Assembly: GCA_045105515.1 (NCBI GenBank)
Contig: JBGCDR010000401.1
Location: 1 to 13,732 of the forward strand
Direction: 5' to 3'
DNA from: Oligoflexales bacterium
GTDB lineage: Bacteria; Bdellovibrionota_B; Oligoflexia; Oligoflexales; Bog-1112
Length of the DNA: 13,732 nucleotides
Each line of letters opens with the position of its first letter. Position 1 is the stretch's first letter. Below are positions 8,934-13,732 of this stretch, piece after piece. The notes under the pieces were generated by a model, which saw only the letters and a program-made list of their open reading frames with translations, was not told the DNA's origin and ran no database searches. The position numbers and the translations under genes are program-made.

Positions 8934-9165
8934 TCCGATTCAAAGACTGATATCGGACGATTAAATGTGAATCTTATCTATGCCAGATCGGTAAGATTTT
9001 AACTCCCTAATATGATTAATTTATCTTGATTTATAGGGAGATAGGTGCCTTCAACCTGCCTATGAGTAGGCTCAATTTCGACTTTCCTTTTGCCTGGAGA
9101 GGTCTTTTCAGATCATTCCGAAATTCAATAAACTTTCCTTTTGCTCTAGCTAAGGGAAAATTGAG
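8934..9165. other. Intergenic stretch with serial hairpins and a 13-bp direct repeat; candidate structured leader of the BMP gene
   Basis: Stems TCCGAT/ATCGGA (8934-8957), AATCTTA/TAAGATT (8970-8998), CTCCCTA/TAGGGAG (9003-9040), GCCTA/TAGGC (9058-9071), CTCAATTT/AAATTGAG (9071-9165); ACTTTCCTTTTGC at 9081-9093 and 9132-9144. Confidence 0.45.
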
Positions 9166-9192
9166 AGATCTACAATAAATATATCGAATTAG

Positions 9193-10545
9193 TTAAGCCA
9201 CTCGAGATTGAGAAGAGTCGTCCCGAGATCCTGGCTCAGGTTCGATAACAATGGGGACCTTATCTGGAAATCGCAAAGTTACTATTGCTCCTTTAACTGT
9301 TTTCTCGTCATACCAGTTATCAATGGTAACTTCTCCTTCCATCTTTTCCATTAAAGTCTTAATAATTGGCATTCCAAATCCAGTTCCTGCCTCTCCACCA
9401 GTTCCTTTTTTGCTAGTTTTTTCGTAAGGAGAAAATATTTTTTGTTTCAATTCTTCATCTATACCAGTTCCATTATCGGCAACCGAAACTACAAGAAAAG
9501 AACCTTCCTTTGCAAGGCAAAGTTTAATCGCAGTTCCCTCCGGAGTAAATTTAATAGCATTAGACATCGCATTATTTATGATTTGAAACATAACAGCACT
9601 TTTATCTGCAAGTAATTTTTGCTGCTTATCAAGTTCGTTAGAAACTATGAGTTTAATACCTTTTTGCCCCATCCTATCTGAAAAACTATTATCAACATGT
9701 TCAATAATTTCTGTACATAAAAATTCCTCTGTTTTTAGCATCAGTTTATTTTCTTGGTGAGCCATCCAATATCTGACAGAATTAATAATTTCAAAAATTT
9801 GGTGGTTGGCATAGTCAACTTTATCAAAAGCATCTTCTGCTGGAATCTTACCTTTTTTAAAAAGATGAACCTGGACTTTTGAAACCGTTAAGGGGTTACA
9901 TAAATCATGTGATAATATTCTTACTAAGTTTTCAATCATTTCTTTCTTTGCACTAATAATATCACTATTTTTCTGATGAATATAAACTGTAACAATGGTA
10001 AAAACGGCTATCAGTATATCTAATCCCAAGTATGAAGAAATATTCATTGCATAACGAAAAGATTCGGAAAGATTGTCTTGTGGTAGGTATCCAGAGACTT
10101 CAATTAGATAGAGGCTTAATACGATGATTGCATTTAGACCGACAGAAACCATAATAACAGGAATATTTGCAAAAAATGCAAGAATAACAGGATGAAGTGA
10201 GAACCAGATTGCAGCGGGTGAGAAGATACCTCCGGAGTATAAACAAAAAATAGTTTGAAAACCAAGACCTGTGAACGACACAAACATTCCAGTTATTGCT
10301 AATGAACCAGTTTTGTAAAAAACAATTGGGGCTAGGGAATGAATTATTGTAAATATAATTCCTCCAATAGTGACCACTCCCCAGCCTTCAAAACTATGGT
10401 AACAAAACGCAACATACAGCCACATCACCGTTACAGTAGAAAGCCACAAAAATAGCAGTGCCTTAGTTTTAGAAAGGTGAACATCAAGCCTCTTGGAATG
10501 CTCATCCAAGAATTTTTCAATTTTTATCGGAAGTTTAATGTTCAT
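9193..10545 (-). CDS. Membrane-integral sensor histidine kinase (about 6 TM + HisKA + HATPase_c)
   Basis: H-box ILSHDLCNPL, N-box NNAMSNAIKFT, G1 DNGTGI, F-box IFSPY, G2 GTGFGMPI; N-terminal ~190 aa is a bundle of hydrophobic helices with short loops. Confidence 0.93.
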   Translation of the reverse strand: MNIKLPIKIEKFLDEHSKRLDVHLSKTKALLFLWLSTVTVMWLYVAFCYHSFEGWGVVTIGGIIFTIIHSLAPIVFYKTGSLAITGMFVSFTGLGFQTIFCLYSGGIFSPAAIWFSLHPVILAFFANIPVIMVSVGLNAIIVLSLYLIEVSGYLPQDNLSESFRYAMNISSYLGLDILIAVFTIVTVYIHQKNSDIISAKKEMIENLVRILSHDLCNPLTVSKVQVHLFKKGKIPAEDAFDKVDYANHQIFEIINSVRYWMAHQENKLMLKTEEFLCTEIIEHVDNSFSDRMGQKGIKLIVSNELDKQQKLLADKSAVMFQIINNAMSNAIKFTPEGTAIKLCLAKEGSFLVVSVADNGTGIDEELKQKIFSPYEKTSKKGTGGEAGTGFGMPIIKTLMEKMEGEVTIDNWYDEKTVKGAIVTLRFPDKVPIVIEPEPGSRDDSSQSRVA

Positions 10546-10566
10546 TCTTCTTTAATCTCAAATATT

Positions 10567-10587
10567 AAAAGGGCTCAAAAAGAGCCC
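10567..10587 (-). terminator. Probable intrinsic terminator after the lipoxygenase gene (short U tract)
   Basis: Minus strand GGGCTC-TTTTT-GAGCCC followed by TTTTAATATT, 6 nt after the stop codon. Confidence 0.7.
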
Positions 10588-10593
10588 GTATAA

Positions 10594-12159
10594 TTAGAAC
10601 TGGACGCTAACTCCAATTTTACTCAGAGGCATGAAATTCATACCTTCCCTTGTAAATTTTTTATCCAGTTCAATTAAATTATTGCGAAACTCTTGAAGGT
10701 ATTTTGCACCTTTTTCGTCAAATTCATAATTTGCTTCCATCAAAGGTGCAACTGTCAATGACTTATAAAACATGATGTTCGCAAGATTGTATTTGCCGAA
10801 ATCGATCCAATTGTTTAGCTGCCTCAATGGCGGAAGCTTCATACCTTTTTTGGGAGGAGCTACTCGCAAACGCATCGGGACCTTTCTAAGATTGAGAAAT
10901 CCATAATTGTAATGATCTACTGAGTGATTGACTGTTACGGTCCAAATGTAGATAGCCACCGCTCGAACTAAGTTATCACCTTGAGAAATTTCCTTTTCAT
11001 CAGGAAATCCTGGAATAAACTGCGTAAGGTATTTTGCCCATACCCCCACATAGTGATCATTGCGATCCAGGTCTTTTAAAATGTTATCTACAAACTTGTA
11101 AATCTCATCGAAGTACTCGTTTAAATAGACATCATAGCGAGACAAGGGTTTTCTAGGCTGCTTGGGATACGTAAATTTAGGGTATGAATCATTGCCTCTA
11201 ATTCCCATGTAACCCTTAACTAACATTTTTTTAAGCTGTGGACCTGGTCCTGGATACAAAGTGTAGGGTAAATAAGTTTTATCAGATATGATCGAATTTG
11301 CTCCTTCGAGAACAGCGTTTTCTAAGGGAAGGGTCAAGAAAGTATGCGGAAAAATTAAGCGAAATAGAATGTGATCCTTAGGTATGGCTGTTTTAGTTAC
11401 CGCATTGATTGCATCATAAGGAAAATGCACTAAAGGATGTTCAAGCAAGGTTGTGACCAAAGCAGCTCCTTGCAAGGCATAGTACTTTGCCAACTTCCAT
11501 GCATCACCATCATTAGGCACAAAAACATCCCTACTCTTGTAAACTGAAATAGCAGCGACTTCATATTTAAAATCACCATGGTCAATCAGTAAAGTTTTTG
11601 ATGCACTTAAATACTGATCTGGAAAGGTTTCAATTCCCTTAACAGCTTCCATATCAACGAGGCAGTATTTTTTGTCATCACTCATAAACTGCCCAAAAAT
11701 TTCCAGATCTTTTTTATCAAATTCATTTTTAATAAGTTTCGCAAAGATAGTACCAGAGAGAATGTCAACAAACTCTTCATCTGAAACTGGCTCTAGTCCT
11801 GGTTTCAATAATCCCTGGACAAATGAAGTTGGTGTATAAGCAATTGTTTGCCATAAATAGCGAATACCGATGCACTTGAAAAATTGCATGTTTTCAATTT
11901 TTGGGACATGTACGACTGCTGGAGCCTGTCCCATAGGATGCTCAGGTGAAGGTTGTGGCCATGGACCCTTGCGTTCATAGAGGAAGTCCTCCTTTGTCTC
12001 TTTTTTCCACGGATCTTCTTCCGAGCGATTGGTAAGGAATTTTGCAAATGGTCCACCTGAAGAGTGTTCTGAGTTAGCTCCTACAAGTTTTAATTCAGTT
12101 TTTTGCCCTGTGGTATCCTGCCCTAATTGCTCGGGATTTTTCTTTGCGTTTTGGCTCAT
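10594..12159 (-). CDS. Lipoxygenase-family protein (short, catalytic domain only, divergent metal ligands)
   Basis: WKLAK (WxxAK), HPLVH, HILFRLIFPH..TL (cf. HP..KLL.PH..T), HSVDH (cf. HAAVN), P.RLR..PP, C-terminal VSVQF (cf. SISI), in canonical LOX order; RBS AGGGAG 8 nt upstream of ATG. Confidence 0.85.
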   Translation of the reverse strand: MSQNAKKNPEQLGQDTTGQKTELKLVGANSEHSSGGPFAKFLTNRSEEDPWKKETKEDFLYERKGPWPQPSPEHPMGQAPAVVHVPKIENMQFFKCIGIRYLWQTIAYTPTSFVQGLLKPGLEPVSDEEFVDILSGTIFAKLIKNEFDKKDLEIFGQFMSDDKKYCLVDMEAVKGIETFPDQYLSASKTLLIDHGDFKYEVAAISVYKSRDVFVPNDGDAWKLAKYYALQGAALVTTLLEHPLVHFPYDAINAVTKTAIPKDHILFRLIFPHTFLTLPLENAVLEGANSIISDKTYLPYTLYPGPGPQLKKMLVKGYMGIRGNDSYPKFTYPKQPRKPLSRYDVYLNEYFDEIYKFVDNILKDLDRNDHYVGVWAKYLTQFIPGFPDEKEISQGDNLVRAVAIYIWTVTVNHSVDHYNYGFLNLRKVPMRLRVAPPKKGMKLPPLRQLNNWIDFGKYNLANIMFYKSLTVAPLMEANYEFDEKGAKYLQEFRNNLIELDKKFTREGMNFMPLSKIGVSVQF

Positions 12160-12538
12160 GAATTGTTCTCCCTAAAGTGGGTTCAAGTGACTCTGACATT
12201 TCGGTTCCCAAAGAGCAAACCTAAGCTATAATTACTGATTTTTATTTTTTATTTATGATTGCCAAAGCTTACTTCCTGACAAAAACGCCTAATCTAACCC
12301 TTCGGAGCTTTAAGCGAAGAACAGAACCATGTCATCTCAACTGACCCTTTCAAGTTTAAACTTCGTAGAGGTATGAAAGACCGATTTGTCAATACCAGCA
12401 AATGGCACAAACAAGCTTACTATCCATTTAGAAAGTATTAGCACAAGTTATAATGTAATAGCTCAATATCTATTTTTACTGTGGAACAGCTAGCTGGGGG
12501 GGGCCTGCACGCCCGAAATGGGACTAGAAAAATAATCC

Positions 12539-12583
12539 CGACTACGATGGAAAAAGTCATCTCGACTGCAATGGAAAAGTCAT
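12539..12583. repeat. Two imperfect tandem repeats, each forming a hairpin
   Basis: CGACTACGATGGAAAAAGTCAT (12539-12560) and CGACTGCAATGGAAAAGTCAT (12563-12583): 2 substitutions and 1 indel. Confidence 0.8.
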
Positions 12584-12597
12584 TGTAGAGGCAAGGC

Positions 12598-12622
12598 AAA
12601 AAAGGAGGGTCTAAAACCCTCC
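12598..12622 (-). terminator. Intrinsic terminator downstream of the glycosidase-like ORF
   Basis: Minus strand GGAGGGT-TTTAG-ACCCTCC followed by TTTTTT; preceded by a second hairpin TAACTAAG/CTTAGTTA (12647-12668). Confidence 0.8.
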
Positions 12623-12676
12623 GATAAGAAAAATTAATTTGTTGCTTAACTAAGATCACACTTAGTTAGCGTTAGC

Positions 12677-13624
12677 TTAGGGATATGTATATTCTCCATA
12701 AGGGTTTAATTCGAGTAACGCCATGATAGAGAACATTACTGAAGCTGTGTGTGGAACTTCAAAGTAATCCCAGCCTATTCCAGTATTGCAGTTGCCTAAA
12801 GGTACACACCATTGGGCAGCCGTATTTTGAGACTCATCTTCGCTATGGGCTGGTACCCCATTAACTTGGTGATGGTTGAATAAAGTAAGTATAGAGTTTT
12901 CCATAGCGGTAATTTGGCTATCGAAAGCGTTACTATTATTCAGTGCTCTGTATCTTTTGAGCGAAAGAGTAGCTGAACCTAAATTTTCAACCTGTACACC
13001 AGATCCGTTGTTAGTGAATTTTGGACCGGTGATCGTGCCAACCCCAGTAAAACCATTATCAGTTGTCAGAATATTCCCTGATGTTAAGTAGTTCATCGAA
13101 GGTAAATCTTTTGAATTGGTACTTCCTGTCCTTCCGGCATCTGCTAAATATCTCCAAGACTGAGTGTCAGCAGGTATGAAGTCCGTATTAAGCCACACGT
13201 TACTTGCTGAATCACCAAAAATACCAGTACCAAACGAGCCAGTTCCTGGAGTTGAATTGTAATTATCATTGATAAAATTATCAACGTTTGTACGAAATGC
13301 TGAAAGAAGCTGCGATTGTCCAGATGAAAGGCCTGACTTCGTCTGTAAACATTTAGCAAGCGCGCTCAAGTTACTATGATGCTCAACTGAAACCCAGAAA
13401 GGCCCTTGACCTGCAAGATTATTAGCCCAGCTGTTTCGGCCTACATACGCTGGATACCCTCCATATGAAGAGTCTCTTAGATGGTTTTCATGTATGTATT
13501 GCACCATATTATAAGCTGTGTTGTAAAAATTGTTAGCAGAAGAATCGGATGGATAATGCGCCCAGAATCGGCATAGTGCAAGTCCCATCCAACCCAGGGC
13601 TGATTCAAATAAGATTTTTTCCAA
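12677..13624 (-). CDS. Probably N-terminally truncated secreted-type protein resembling uncharacterised six-hairpin (alpha/alpha)-barrel glycosidases
   Basis: 315 aa, rich in N/S/G/T and aromatics; motif series WMGLAL, WVSVEHH, FGTG, IPADTQSW, TGIGWDYFEVPH, LNPY recalls (from memory, not a search) a family with GN.AW..LAL / STEHN / PLD.Q.W / YY..PH / NPF; TTG start with no clear RBS or signal peptide. Confidence 0.55.
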   Translation of the reverse strand: MEKILFESALGWMGLALCRFWAHYPSDSSANNFYNTAYNMVQYIHENHLRDSSYGGYPAYVGRNSWANNLAGQGPFWVSVEHHSNLSALAKCLQTKSGLSSGQSQLLSAFRTNVDNFINDNYNSTPGTGSFGTGIFGDSASNVWLNTDFIPADTQSWRYLADAGRTGSTNSKDLPSMNYLTSGNILTTDNGFTGVGTITGPKFTNNGSGVQVENLGSATLSLKRYRALNNSNAFDSQITAMENSILTLFNHHQVNGVPAHSEDESQNTAAQWCVPLGNCNTGIGWDYFEVPHTASVMFSIMALLELNPYGEYTYP

Positions 13625-13732
13625 TTTTTCATTAAATAGGTCAGAAAAATTCTAAGCCGCAGTACCAAAAGTGACTAGATAAAAAAAATATAGGAAGAAA
13701 AAACTTAAAAAAAATGGCTCACTTTTATTAAA

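Noticed and set aside
9085..9105. Minus-strand CTCTCCAGGCAAAAGGA resembling the 3' end of a glycine riboswitch
   Set aside because: The upstream GGAGA and CCGAAG core elements are missing.
12364..12392. Minus-strand TTGACA as lipoxygenase promoter
   Set aside because: No convincing -10 hexamer at 16-18 nt spacing.
12539..12583. Possible mini-CRISPR or retron ncRNA
   Set aside because: Only two short units separated by 2 nt, no spacers, no cas or reverse transcriptase gene in the window.
12438..12659. 73-aa minus-strand ORF
   Set aside because: Runs through a clear terminator and repeats, with no RBS; a short hydrophobic peptide from the internal ATG (MTFSIVVGIIFLVPF) cannot be excluded but is unsupported.
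11805..13359. Nested ORFs 11805-12056, 12876-13091, 13144-13359
   Set aside because: Alternate-frame or antisense overlaps of longer credible genes.

Overview
AT-rich bacterial window in which nearly every gene is on the minus strand. In transcription order (right to left): a probably 5'-truncated, secreted-type (alpha/alpha)-barrel glycosidase-like ORF; a structured intergenic region; a short, divergent lipoxygenase-family gene; an orphan multi-TM histidine kinase 48 nt downstream of it; a second structured intergenic region; a BMP-family periplasmic binding protein apparently co-transcribed with a TM-PAS-Hpt-CheA-like kinase whose true reading frame (start 7907) is broken by an in-frame TAA; a lipoprotein M3A oligopeptidase; and a carbohydrate ABC importer (binding protein plus two permeases, no ATPase) converging on the 3' end of a plus-strand gene. 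The Hpt/CheA-like kinase and exported M3 peptidase are suggestive of Oligoflexia/Bdellovibrionota (inference only). The best novelty candidate is the lipoxygenase, with an atypical metal-ligand set (HxxxH, HxxxH, C-terminal Phe), next to an intramembrane-sensing kinase: a possible oxylipin synthase/receptor signalling pair. No rRNA, tRNA, CRISPR array or transposase was seen.
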